Position numbers and translations under genes: made by a program. The notes below the pieces were generated by a model that was given only the letters and a program-made list of their open reading frames with translations, was not told the DNA's origin and made no database searches. 64,000 nucleotides of DNA, taken from positions 239,754,001 through 239,818,000 of the forward strand of contig OZ024741.1 of the NCBI GenBank assembly GCA_964016885.1, in the 5' to 3' direction. How positions within the stretch are numbered: the stretch's first letter is position 1; every line of letters starts with the position of its first letter. Below are positions 39,835-53,312 of the stretch, piece after piece. The stretch is from Eledone cirrhosa. Its lineage: Eukaryota.

Positions 39835-39895
39835 TTCTTCACAATATCGGTTGCACCGTGGAGTGCTCTGCAGGTTGGAGCTAGATTCCCTACTG
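39835..39895 (-). CDS. Probable coding exon (SRESSSNLQSTPRCNRYCEE)
   Basis: TAG/CAG/TAG tandem acceptor after a pyrimidine tract; GTGAGG donor in phase 0, compatible with the next exon. Confidence 0.45.
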
Positions 39896-40396
39896 CTAGA
39901 TGGAAATAAAATTATAAACTAACTTTCAAACGGATAAATAAGCAGAGCTAAAAGCAATGTTAAACCCTTTATTTTCCTGCAGCAAATTGCATTTGCACAT
40001 ATGCCTTGAACAGAATTCCCCCACTTACCATCCAATAACGAACTTTCATATGCATTTTACCTGGACAGAATTGACCAGCACTTTAACCACTTATACTCTC
40101 ATTTCCATACAGTTTATCTTCCTCGTGTATTTTTTTCTTATATTTTCTCATATTTTTTTCTCATATATGTCTCCTTTCGCATTTTGCATATATGTATGTA
40201 CTTTTTGTTTTGATTCATGTGATGGAAGAAGATATTAACTAATTATTTGCCTAATTACTACGTTTCATACTGTAATTCACCCTCCGTTCTACAGTGCGGT
40301 GCTGTCGTTCAATGTGTGGATAATATATCTGTAATATTGATCCCCCTTTCAAAACTTCCTACTATAATTTAAACATCTCCCTAGTATTAGTTATTA

Positions 40397-40428
<32 letters not shown>

Positions 40429-41157
40429 TTCATTTTTTATTTACTTCAATCGAGATTTTAACTTGTAAATTTTTTTAATTTCTAATTTTCAATCATAATT
40501 TCCACTATGAAACCATAACATCTAGAATTAAGTTAGATTCTCTTGGCAAATTCTATTGTCTAAGCGGAATGTAGGGGTAGTAGTAAGGCCCATTGAGAGT
40601 CATACTCTGCCACTACCACTGGGTTTCGGTCAACTGCAACTACCAAGACCGCTAGCAGCAAACTATAGCCGTCTCATATTACAGACCTGGATGGGGGTGA
40701 TTGTTTCGTTGGGGTAAGCGAGGACCTGTCTAGGTGAATTTTGTATAGTTTTGGGGTCAACTTCCTCTGGGGTGAATTAGGACTCACAAGGAAATGGAAG
40801 AAAGACTCAAGAGCAACTGCTTTGTTGGTTCCCTTGTCGATTCAATTTGGATTACCTCGGAAAAATAACCTCATATGTAAGAAGCCGTCTGATGATGTCA
40901 CGGCACTGGATACACCGAAGAGGGTCACAACTGCTGTCATTGAAATATGTATCACAGCATTATCATTAAAGGACGTTAACATCTGAAACTACTTTGCATT
41001 TTCTTATTCTATATATATATATATATATATATATACAGTATGTATATATATATATATATATGTATATATGCAAAGGTTTTATTTAAAATTGTTGGGTTAC
41101 AACGAGTAAATATTTTATAACTGATATAAAAGCACTCAACAGGTTTTGGAGTAGGTT

Positions 41158-41504
41158 TACGATATTAAACAAATGGAAACTATATTTATAAAACCATATT
41201 TATTTCATTATATATATTTCAGGGATATCATATTAAAAATATGGTATGCCTTCCTCAGACAAAATACAATATATAAACCGTTTTATAAATAAATTTGACA
41301 TACCTTAAACAGTACAACTTCCATTTAAAAAGTTGATTTGGAAGTTGCACTGTTTAAGGTATGTCAAATTTATTTATAAAACGGTTTATATATTGTATTT
41401 TGTCTGAGGAAGGCATACCATATTTTTAATATGATATCCCTGAAATATATATAATGAAATAAATATGGTTTTATAAATATAGTTTTCATTTGTTTAATAT
41501 CGTA
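41158..41504. repeat. Fold-back inverted repeat (arms about 166 bp, spacer about 15 bp) with a hammerhead in each arm
   Basis: Arms 41158-41323 and 41339-41504; + copy 41397-41460: attttgt-CTGAGGA-aggcat..atccct-GAAA-tatata-TA-atgaaat; minus copy 41202-41265. Confidence 0.85.
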
Positions 41505-41524
41505 TATGTATATATATATATATG

Positions 41525-41556
<32 letters not shown>

Positions 41557-41561
41557 GTATG

Positions 41562-41626
<65 letters not shown>

Positions 41627-41804
41627 GTATATATATATACAGTATCTATATATATATATGTATATATATATGTATATATATATATGTATATATATATGTA
41701 TATATATGTATATATGTATATATATGTATATATGTATATATATGTATTTATGTATATATATATGTGTATATATGTATATATATGTATATATGTATATATA
41801 TATG

Positions 41805-41885
<81 letters not shown>

Positions 41886-41934
41886 GTATATATATATGTA
41901 TATATATGTATATATATGTATATATATGTATATA

Positions 41935-41981
<47 letters not shown>

Positions 41982-42042
41982 GTATATATATGTATATATG
42001 TATATATATGTATATATATATATATATGTATATATATACATG

Positions 42043-42077
<35 letters not shown>

Positions 42078-42100
42078 TTATATATATATATATATGTATA
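41505..42100. repeat. (TA)n/(TATATG)n compound microsatellite; similar tracts at 43395-43660, 45070-45470, 47390-47680, 48250-48915, 49330-49555, 49830-50130, 50790-51115, 53005-53312, 54205-54620, 58866-59165, 60285-60882
   Basis: Directly visible; source of the poly-YI/IY ORFs. Confidence 0.97.
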
Positions 42101-43394
42101 CAGGGTGTGGACGATATTTGTTCGCAATTTTCAACTGCTAATTTTATGCAAATTTTTTTTACTTCCGTTGTCACTCTTGTCTACATAAAAACAGTGACTA
42201 TATTTCCATTATTTATTTTCAGAATAATTGATTATGAATAATTTTGAACCTCCAAATTTGTGGAAGAGACACGGAGTTCTTCTTGGAATCCATGCCGGGA
42301 GGACAAATAAGGAAATTTCAGACTTTCTCAGCGTCAGCAAGAGAATGGTGGAAAAGGTCAGAAAGGAATTGGAAGATTCAGGATTCGACTACGAAGCAAC
42401 ATCAGAGAGGAAAACACAGGATCGACGATCTGACGCCTTCAGAACACCCGAGTTCAGGATATAATCAACAATGAACCTAGCAAGTCGATGCGTGCCATTG
42501 CAAGGGAGAAAAGCGTGGATGAAAAGCTCATTAGGCTGGTGGTACATGAAGACATTCGCTACGTTTCTTACAAGATGAGGAAAGGACAATTTCTGTCAAA
42601 GGCGATGCAAGAAAAGCGACTGAAGTAATCAAAGAAGCTGATCAACAAGTTGAAACACCCACTGGAGCCAGACATGCTGTGGTTTTTCTCCGACAAGAAA
42701 AACTTCTGCCAAGACCAGAAGATCAACTCCCAGAACAACAGGTAGCTCGCTGTCTCATCCAAAGACGTGCCCAGAGTCATGCAGACAAAGTTTCCGGCGA
42801 CAACATTGGTCTTAGGTGTCATCAGCAGTCAAGGTGACGTCATGCCACCTCACTTCTTCCCTGAGGGCCTCAAGCTGGACACTGATGGATACATCCGCGT
42901 TCTGAGCGAGGTAGTAAAGCCCTGGATTGACCAGGTAGCTGCAGGTAGGCCGTACGTGTGGCAGCAAGACTCAGCGCCCTGCCATACCAGCTGAAAGACC
43001 CAAGCCTGGCTGTCAGAGAACTTTGTTGACCACACTTCACCTGACATCTGGCCTCCAGGCTCGCCTGACTGCAACCCCCTCGACTTCTTTGTGTGGGGCG
43101 CAGTGGAACGAGACACCAACAGATCTAGCTGCAATACGAAAGACAATCTGAAGGCCAGGATCACAAGTGCCTTTAGGGGCCTAAGTCGGGGGACAGTGAC
43201 GAAGGCCTGTAGCCGGTTCCGAGGCCGCCTTGAGGCCGTCATCAACACCAATGGCGGGTTTATCAAGTGAGATCGAAAGAACAAGTCATGAAGACAAACT
43301 GACCCAAGTTTGATAAATATATCTTAAAAAATAAAACTACTGTGTTACTTTTTCCTAGACAGTAATCTTGCTAACAAATATCGTCCGCACCCTG
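42101..43394 (+). mobile_element. Tc1/mariner DD37D (maT/mori-like) transposon, full length, transposase inactivated
   Basis: TIRs cagggtgtggacgatatttgtt / aacaaatatcgtccgcaccctg with TA flanks; WFFSD, WQQDSAPCH, WPPGSPDCNPLD with 37 residues between D2 and D3; stops and a frameshift. Confidence 0.93.
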
Positions 43395-43529
<135 letters not shown>

Positions 43530-43570
43530 GTATATATGTATATATGTATATATATATATATGTATATATG

Positions 43571-43619
<49 letters not shown>

Positions 43620-43661
43620 GTATATATTTCGTTTCTGAATTATATATATATATATATATAT

Positions 43662-43845
43662 ATAGGAACCAGTAAGACCCCGACAGCTGAGCTCAAGCCG
43701 ATTCGACGGTCCAGAATTAGCCGTCGAAACGGCTTGAGCTCAGCTGTCGGGGTCTTACTGGTTCCTATTACCCACTCTACTACCCCTAGTATTGAGTACT
43801 TTGGTGCGTTATGGTCCACCTGGTTCCTTACCACATTTCCTTCGT
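43662..43845. mobile_element. Short fold-back Penelope pLTR remnant (3' half of hammerhead in both arms, tail on the right arm)
   Basis: Hairpin 43662-43768; GAAA-cggct..agctg-TC-ggggtc; homologous to 25735-25776 and 13650-13770. Confidence 0.7.
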
Positions 43846-43891
<46 letters not shown>

Positions 43892-43983
43892 TGTATAGTA
43901 CGTTATTCCGGGTTGAATCGGAGGTAACCACAGTAAGTAAGGTACTCAATACATTGCAGAGTATAAAAGTTTTAATATAGATG

Positions 43984-44034
43984 AGATTCTACAGGACTAG
44001 AACTGTTTCATTCTTTAGAAATCATCAGGAATCT
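43984..44034 (-). ncRNA. Type-I hammerhead ribozyme (left arm)
   Basis: Reverse complement of the 45002-45052 motif; core intact. Confidence 0.8.
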
Positions 44035-44581
44035 GGGTATCAAAAAATAAATATGGTATTTATAGGTCTCTACAAGTGGTAGGAGAGGGTGGGGAGTGGG
44101 ATGGGTGTAGGTCATTGGTTGATAGAAAAGGGAATTCATTAAAAGCTAATTCTACAAAGCTATAGTTTATTTTTATTAATTTTTGTTTTTAGAGTAACAA
44201 AGGCAGACAGAATTCTATAAACAGGTTCCGGATGGCATACCATTCCTTGTCATTAAGTTTCTCTTAAGCTAACAGATGTCTATAGGATCAGTGGGGGGTC
44301 AGTCATGGTAGATAGAATTAAAGGAGAGGGAGATTCTTTAAAAGCTAAATTCATTAAGGTTCTACTAAGTGACAAAGGTTTAGAGAATCCTGTAGACAGA
44401 TTCAAAATACTGAGTGCATATCTTACAATTATCTTCGAACTTCTCTTAAACTAATCAACTATATGCCAAAAATCAACAGACACATTCACAAAAAAACACA
44501 CTCACTCACACACTCGCACGCAACCATAAACACACATACACATACACATATACACACATAAAAACACACACACATATATAA

Positions 44582-44767
44582 TTGTTTCTACTTTTGGCAC
44601 AAGGCCAGCAATTACCCAGTACATTACTGGTACTTTATTTTATCGACCCCGTAAGGATGAAAGGCAAAGTTAACCTCGGCGGGATTTGAACACAGACCGT
44701 AAAGGGACGTAACTATGCTGGAAAGCATGGCGTCCGACTCTCTACTGATACTGCCAATCCACCGCCC
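44582..44767 (-). mobile_element. tRNA-derived SINE, intact
   Basis: A-box tggcagtatcagtag, B-box gttcaaatccc; flanking repeat cacacatatataat consistent with a TSD. Confidence 0.9.
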
Positions 44768-45001
44768 ACCCACACATATATAATGACAAGGAATGGTATG
44801 CCATCCGGAACCTGTTTATAGAATTCTGTCTGCCTTTGTTACTCTAAAAACAAAAATTAATAAAAATAAACTATAGCTTTGTAGAATTAGCTTTTAATGA
44901 ATTCCCTTTTCTATCAACCAATGACCTACACCCATCCCACTCCCCACCCTCTCCTACCACTTGTAGAGACCTATAAATACCATATTTATTTTTTGATACC
45001 C

Positions 45002-45052
45002 AGATTCCTGATGATTTCTAAAGAATGAAACAGTTCCAGTCCTGTAGAATCT
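45002..45052 (+). ncRNA. Type-I hammerhead ribozyme (right arm)
   Basis: agattc-CTGATGA-t.ttc(taaa)gaa.t-GAAA-cag(ttccagtc)ctg-TA-gaatct; GUA cleavage triplet. Confidence 0.82.
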
Positions 45053-45071
45053 CATCTATATTAAAACTATA

Positions 45072-45176
<105 letters not shown>

Positions 45177-45181
45177 ATATG

Positions 45182-45214
<33 letters not shown>

Positions 45215-45331
45215 GTGTATATATATATGTATATATGTATGTATATTAATATATATGTATATATGTATATATATATATATGTATATATGTATATATATGT
45301 ATATATGTATATATATATATATGTATATATG

Positions 45332-45458
<127 letters not shown>

Positions 45459-45469
45459 GTATATATATA

Positions 45470-46343
45470 TAAATAAATTATACAATTATCAAAGTTGTGT
45501 TCACATCATTTAATAGCTGACAATCGTTTCTTCCAAACACTCGTTTGGAGTCATCGGAGCATAATCAATGTTTGCACATATAATTAACCCCCTATTCAAC
45601 TGAACAATAAAATAGATACATATAAATTGATGTTGTGAGCAACAGTTTCGTATTTACAGGGTGGAATGGATGTGACATATATTTTACGAGAATCGTATTA
45701 AAGTTCAAATTCAAATCAAAATTAAAATTAAAATCAAAAGCACGGAGTGGAATACATGCAGCAGTTAAAACAAGGGAATAGTCCAAATATTAAAGAGGCA
45801 TTGCGGAAGCAGTTTTGAGAAAGAAAGAGTGCGATAACAAAGCATATGCAGGCGTGTGAATAGTGTGACTGCGTAAGTCATATACATGACTGCGTAAGTC
45901 GTATACATATATCATGTATATGACTTACGCAGTCACACTGTCCACACGCCTGCATATGATTTGTTATCGCACTCTTCCTTTCTCAAAACTGCTTCCGCAA
46001 TGCCTCTTTAATATTTGGACTATTCCCTTGTTTTAACTGTTGCATGTATTCCACTCCGTGCTTTTGATTTTAATTTTAATTTTGAATTTGAACTTGAATG
46101 TTTGTACAATTATTGTACAATTCTCGTAAAATATATGTCACATCCATTGCACCCTGTAAATACGAAACTGTTGCTCACAACATCAATTTATATGTATCTA
46201 TATTATTGTTCAGTTGAATAGGGGGTTAATTATGTGTGCAAACATTGATAATGCTCCAATGACTCCAAACGAGTGTTTGGAAGAAACGATTGTCAGCTAT
46301 TAAATGATGTGAACACAACTTTGATAATTGTATAATTTATTTA
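45470..46343. repeat. Fold-back inverted repeat (arms about 420 bp) with a hammerhead in each arm
   Basis: Minus copy 45513-45562: gct-CCGATGA-c.tccaaac(gagt)gtttgga.a-GAAA-cgattg-TC-agc; + copy 46251-46300 with core CCAATGA. Confidence 0.88.
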
Positions 46344-46479
46344 TTTAACTGCTCTGTAAAACAACTGATGTTCATACATTGAGCTTACTGGTAATAAGGT
46401 AATTAAGAAATTACTGACATTCCTGTTTATAGTTGTTTATACTATATACATAACTATAAATATTATTATTATTATTATG

Positions 46480-46528
<49 letters not shown>

Positions 46529-46734
46529 GTATATATATATATGTATATTTATTAAAATAACAGATTAAAGTTTAAGCAAAGAATCGCTGCTTTCACCCTT
46601 AACGGGATCTTCTGAAACTACGGTTCTTATATATTTGATATATATTTTCCTTATCGAGCCCTCTTTGGATTTTAGTCTTCAATTTTATTATTATTACTAT
46701 ATATATGTATATATATATATGTATATATGTATCT

Positions 46735-47390
46735 CATCATCATCATCATCATCAACGTTTAACGTCCGTGTTCCACGCTTGCATGGGTTTGGACGGGGGT
46801 AGTCCCACGTGAGGCAAGAGTGATTGTCTTGCTCGCATAGGACTGTCTGGCAGGTTTTCTACAGTTGGATGCCCTTCCTAACACCAACCACATTTACAGT
46901 GTGGGTCTGGGAGGTTTTTACCGTGTTGCCTACACGGCCACATTACAGCGTGGACTGTGTTTTTTTTTTTGTCGTGACACCTACACGATCTCATTTGTTT
47001 CGGCCTGGATGGCGCGGCACCAACATAACTTTACATAGAACAGGGTGGTGTGGATGGGGTGGGGGTGGTGGCGGGACGGGGTGTATTTTGTTAGAGATGC
47101 CTACTGGCTGGAGTAGGTTTTACTATATATTTAGGTAAGGCGGGTCTTCTCTGTTACTGAGTACCGCCAAAGGTCTCGGTCCAGTGACATTGTCTTGGAG
47201 AGGTGTAAGTGTGTGAGGTCGGAGTTTATCAGCTCATCCCAGGTTTTTCTAGGTCTGCCTATTCCGTGGCTACCGTCTATCTTTATTGCCCTGCACTTTG
47301 TTATACAGCTATCGACTTTCATGCGCATCACGTGTCCATACCAACGTAGCCTTCTCTCGAGTAAACAACATCTGATCCCTCTTATCTCTT
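46735..47390 (-). mobile_element. RTE family A 3' fragment with 3' UTR
   Basis: [33 protein letters not shown]; near-identical to 55400-56143. Confidence 0.9.
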
Positions 47391-47602
47391 ATCTATATAT
47401 GTATATATATATGTATATATATGTGTATATATATATATGTATATGTGTATATATATGTGTATATATATATGTATATATATATATGTATATATATATGTGT
47501 ATATATATATGTGTATATATATATGTATATATGTATATATATATGTGTATATATATATATGTATATATATGTGTATATATATATGTATATATATATGTGT
47601 AT

Positions 47603-47634
<32 letters not shown>

Positions 47635-47680
47635 GTATATATATATGTATGTGTATATATATATATATGTATATATATAT

Positions 47681-48250
47681 ATCATCATCATCATCATCAT
47701 TTTACGTCCGCTCTTCCCTGCTTGCAAGGGTGGGACGGGTCTTATTCAGCACAGCATCTCTCCACTACTCGTCACGGTCCTTCGTCATCTCCACCGTGAG
47801 CTTCAACGATCTGAGGTCTGTTCTCACCACCTCCGCCCATGTTTTCGTGGTCTACCTCTACTACGTCTTCCTTCAACTGGCATTTCCTGGCACTTCTTCA
47901 CCCATCGGTCATCCTCCATGCGCATCACATGTCCATACCACCTCAGTCTCCTCTCTCGCACACTACATTCTATCCCTCACAGACACACTTTCTCTCTCAA
48001 CACATTTATGCTAGGTCGTTCACGCACATTTACACTGCACATCCAACGGAGCATGCTTGCCTCATTTCTCTCCAGCCATCGCATATCCTCTGCAGTTGCT
48101 GCCCATGTCTCACTACCATGCAGCATCATGCTGCTCACACAGGCATCATATAACTGGCCTTTCGTACGCAGGGATAAACCCTTCTTTGTCAGCAGAAGAA
48201 GCAGCTCCCTAAACTTCTTCCAGCTTGTCCTTATTCTAGATACTATGGCC
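47681..48250 (-). mobile_element. RTE family B 3' fragment in (TA)n
   Basis: [29 protein letters not shown]; (GAT)n tail. Confidence 0.92.
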
Positions 48251-48271
48251 ATATATATGTATATATATATG

Positions 48272-48304
<33 letters not shown>

Positions 48305-48682
48305 GTATGTATATATATATGTATATATATATGTATGTATATATATATATGTATATATATATGTATGTATATATATATATGTATGTATATATATATATGT
48401 ATGTGTATATATATATATATGTATGTATATATATATGTATGTATTTATATATATATATATGTATATATATATGTATGTATATATATATATATATATGTAT
48501 ATATCAGTGGCAAAGAGTATGCAGTCCAATCGCCATGGCGGAAAGTGGGGCTGTGCAGCCTACCCCCCCCCCCCCCACAATTCCCTCTACATGACCCTCC
48601 CGGTCAAAGCCGCATGTAGTGTGTGTGTGTGTGTGTGTTATCTTTTTATGTGTCTACGATTTAGTAAGCAGCCAAAATTCTG

Positions 48683-48752
<70 letters not shown>

Positions 48753-48760
48753 TATATGTG

Positions 48761-48882
<122 letters not shown>

Positions 48883-48917
48883 TATGTGTATATATGTATA
48901 TATATATATATGTGTAT

Positions 48918-48952
<35 letters not shown>

Positions 48953-49326
48953 TTTACGTCCGCTTTTCCCTGCTTGCAAGGGTGGGACGGGTCTTATTCA
49001 GCACAGCATCTCTCCACTCGTCACGGTCCCTCGTCATCTCCACCGTGAGCTTCAATGATCTGAGGTCTGTTCTCACCACCTCCGCCCATGTTTTTCGTGG
49101 TCTACCTCTACCACGTCTTCCCTCAACTGGCATTTCCTGGCACTTCTTCACCCATCGGTCATCCTCCATGCGCATCACATGTCCATACCACCTCAGTCTC
49201 CTCTCCCGTACACTACATTCTATCCCTCTCAGACACAGTTTCTCTCTCAACACATTTATGCTGGGTCGTTCACGCACATTTACACTGCTCATCCAACGGA
49301 GCATGCTTGCCTCATTTCTCTCCAGA
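48918..49326 (-). mobile_element. RTE family B 3' fragment in (TA)n
   Basis: [22 protein letters not shown]; (GAT)n tail. Confidence 0.92.
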
Positions 49327-49394
49327 AATGTGTATATATATATATATATATATGTGTGTATATATATATGTGTGTATATATATATATACATATA

Positions 49395-49435
<41 letters not shown>

Positions 49436-49561
49436 ATATATATATATGTGTGTATATATATATATATGTGTATATATATATATATATATATGTGTGTATA
49501 TATATATATGTGTGTATATATATATATATGTGTATATATATATATATATGCATATATGGTA

Positions 49562-49606
49562 AATATTGCTGATGAGTTGTAACAACAACGAAACTAGTTC
49601 AATATT
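49562..49606 (+). ncRNA. Minimal type-I hammerhead ribozyme
   Basis: aatattg-CTGATGA-gttgt(aaca)acaac-GAAA-ctag-TT-caatatt; perfect 7-bp stem I, 5-bp stem II, palindromic CTAG loop, GUU triplet. Confidence 0.9.
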
Positions 49607-49865
49607 CCTTGTCTGGCTTTCTGGAGAATAGAGGAAAGGTGTTTCCTCAAAAACCAGTATGACTCTAAAAACCGGTTTGTCTGTGTGTTTACATACAGAA
49701 TAGCTGGCCACTCACAGTAAAGTGACCAGTGAAAAAACTTGGTACATCTACATATGTATACGTGTGTGTATTCATATACATACTAGTATTTCAGTATACA
49801 TATATGGATGTACATCTTTAACTTAATTGTTTATATATATATATATATATGTGTGTATATATATA

Positions 49866-49994
<129 letters not shown>

Positions 49995-50009
49995 ATATAT
50001 ATATATGTG

Positions 50010-50045
<36 letters not shown>

Positions 50046-50055
50046 TGTGTATATA

Positions 50056-50130
<75 letters not shown>

Positions 50131-50135
<5 letters not shown>

Positions 50136-50786
50136 TGTATATACAGTGTATTTTGTAATACACTGTATGCTTCATTAAAAGCATTTCGAAGACCTTATGC
50201 TATTGTTTTAGAGTAGTGACAGTCTCACTTTAATTTTCAGCAAACAGGGGTGGTAAAGCTGACAGAGCTCTGTTTTGCACTTTTTGGTGCTTATCAAATC
50301 TAACTACTCCTCCTGTTTGCTGAAAATCATGAATGTTTGATTCTTATACAATTCTAGTAATAATCAAGAACTGATTATACAGAGCTGTTGCCTGTCAAGC
50401 AGATTTTCAAAATTAGAATTGGTGCTCTGAAATAGCGCTATATATATGAATGTATAAATAGTGTATTTTGAAAATCTGCTTGACCGGCAACCATTCTGTA
50501 TAATCAGTTCCTGATTATTACTAGAATTCTATATGAATCAAACATTCATGATTTTCAGCAAACAGGAGGAGTAGTTAGCTTTGATAAGCACCAAAAAGTG
50601 CGAAACAGAGCTCTGTCAGCTTTACCACCCCTGTTTGCTGAAAATTAAAGTAAGTGAGACTGTCACTACTCTAAAACAATAGCGTAAGGTCTTTGAAATG
50701 CTTTTAATTAAGCATACAGTGTATTGCAAAATACACTGTATATACATTCATATATATATATCGCTATTTCAGAGCACCAATTCTAA
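50131..50786. repeat. Fold-back inverted repeat (arms about 285 bp) with a hammerhead in each arm and a permuted spacer
   Basis: Arms 50131-50412 and 50465-50751; + copy 50577-50621: agct-TTGATAA-gcac(caaaaa)gtgc-GAAA-cagagctctg-TC-agct; minus copy 50257-50301. Confidence 0.88.
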
Positions 50787-50804
50787 TATATATATATGTA
50801 TATA

Positions 50805-51101
<297 letters not shown>

Positions 51102-51120
51102 CTATATATATATGTGTGTG

Positions 51121-51350
51121 TGAAAGGAAGGGCATCCAGCCATAGAAAACCTGCCAGATAGTCCTATTCAAGCGAGACATGGTCACCCAACCAATCTTGC
51201 CTCAAGTGGGACAATTCCCGTCTAAACCCATGCTAACGTGGAAGATATACGTTAAACGATGATGATGATGTATATATATATATATATATCATCATCATCA
51301 TCATCATCATCATCGTTTAACATCTATCTTCCATGCTAGCATGGGTTTAG
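51121..51350. mobile_element. Two short RTE 3'-UTR/tail stubs, tail to tail
   Basis: aggaagggcatccagcc..aacccatg..(GAT)n on +, then (CAT)n..catgggtttag; similar stubs at 51785-51942 (-) and 52556-52708 (+). Confidence 0.75.
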
Positions 51351-51388
51351 ATATATTTGTATATATATAGATATATGTATATATATAT

Positions 51389-51420
<32 letters not shown>

Positions 51421-51720
51421 TTTTGAGTATATGTTGGTTGTTTACCAACACCTCAGTATGCAGATTGGCGCACTCGATGAAGTACGCAGGTTGGTTTATA
51501 TATATAAAAGAAATTTTCGGTCTACATGGCTGAATACAATAAATGTAATCTGAGTTTTTCGAATATTAATAATAACATTTGATTTGTTTGCATTTATGCA
51601 ATCAAGCCTCAATTTTATAGCCATGTCAGTAGAATGAACACTTCATTTTGGCATGCGAACAGAACTGCAGATATATATATATATATATATATAGATATGT
51701 ATATATATATATGTATGTGT

Positions 51721-51752
<32 letters not shown>

Positions 51753-51967
51753 GTATATATATATATAAATGTATATATATATATATCATCACCATCATCG
51801 TTTAACGTACATCTTCCATGGTTGCATGGGTTTGGACGTGAATTTTCCCACTTGAGGCAAGATGGTTGCCTTGCTTGTATAGGACTGTCTGGCGGGTTTT
51901 CTACGGCTGGAAGCCCTTCCTAACACCAACCACATTTACATTGTATATATGTATATATATATATGTG

Positions 51968-51998
<31 letters not shown>

Positions 51999-52031
51999 GT
52001 GTATATATATATATGTATATAAATCTTTGTG

Positions 52032-52120
<89 letters not shown>

Positions 52121-52133
52121 GTGTATATATATA

Positions 52134-52535
52134 TCATCATCATCATCATCATTTTACGTCTGCTTTTCCCTGCTTGCAAGGTTAGATGGGTCTTATTCAG
52201 CACAGCATCTCTCCACTCATCACGGTCCTTCGTCATCTCCACCGTGAGCTTCAATGATCTGAGGTCTGTTCTCACCACCTCCGCCCATGTTTTTCGTGGT
52301 CTACCTCTACCACGTCTTCCTTCAACTGGCATTTCCTGGCACTTCTTCACCCATCGGTCATCCTCCATGCGCATCACATGTCCATACCACCTCAGTCTCC
52401 TCTCCCGTACACTACATTCTATCCCTCTCAGACACAGTTTCTCTCTCAACACATTTATGCTAGGTCGTTCATGCACATTGACATTGCACATGCAACGGAG
52501 CATGCTTGCCTCATTTCTCTCCAGCCATCGCATAT
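52134..52535 (-). mobile_element. RTE family B 3' fragment in (TA)n
   Basis: [25 protein letters not shown]. Confidence 0.92.
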
Positions 52536-53114
52536 ATCTATATATATATGTGTGTGAAAGGAAGGGCATCCAGCCGTAGAAAACCTGCCAGACAGTCCTA
52601 TATGAGCGAGACATAGTCACCCAACCAATCTTGCCTCAAATGGGACAATTCCCGTCTAAACCCATTTTAACGTGGAAGATAGACGTTAAACGATGATGAT
52701 GATGATGAGGTTGTATATATATATATATATTTATTTATATATATATAAATGAAATAGAATGAAACGAAATTTCATTTCTCACTCTTAGTACGGCACTTAC
52801 TTAAATGTAAGTATGTATGTATGTATACGTACATACATATATGTATACAGACGTACAGTAGTATGTATATATACACATACATGCACACATATATATATGC
52901 ATGTATCGGTTTACCGAACATTTATTATAATGCTCGGTTTGTTTCTTTGTAAACAAACAAACAGCCCGGATTACGCCGTACAGTGTTTAGGCAACCACGT
53001 CACCTTTATATATATATATATGTATATATACATGTATATATATATATGTGTGTATATATATATGTGTGTATATATATATATATGTGTGTATATATATATA
53101 TGTGTATATATATC

Positions 53115-53163
<49 letters not shown>

Positions 53164-53178
53164 GTGTATATATATATG

Positions 53179-53217
<39 letters not shown>

Positions 53218-53256
53218 GTGTGTATATATATATGTATATATATATATATATATGTG

Positions 53257-53307
<51 letters not shown>

Positions 53308-53312
53308 GTATA

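Larger units (their letters stand above)
43968..45068. repeat. Inverted repeat (arms about 288 bp: 43968-44255, 44781-45068) with a hammerhead in each arm
   Basis: Arms are near-perfect reverse complements; spacer contains a SINE. Confidence 0.92.

Noticed and set aside
40880-40945. CTGATGA..CGAAG..GTC hammerhead-like string in an island between TA tracts
   Set aside because: GAAA is mutated and stems I and III do not pair convincingly; could be a decayed copy
46575-46625. Minus-strand CAGAAGA-t-ccc(gttaa)ggg-t-GAAA motif
   Set aside because: Stem II is good but stem I, stem III and the cleavage triplet cannot be assigned
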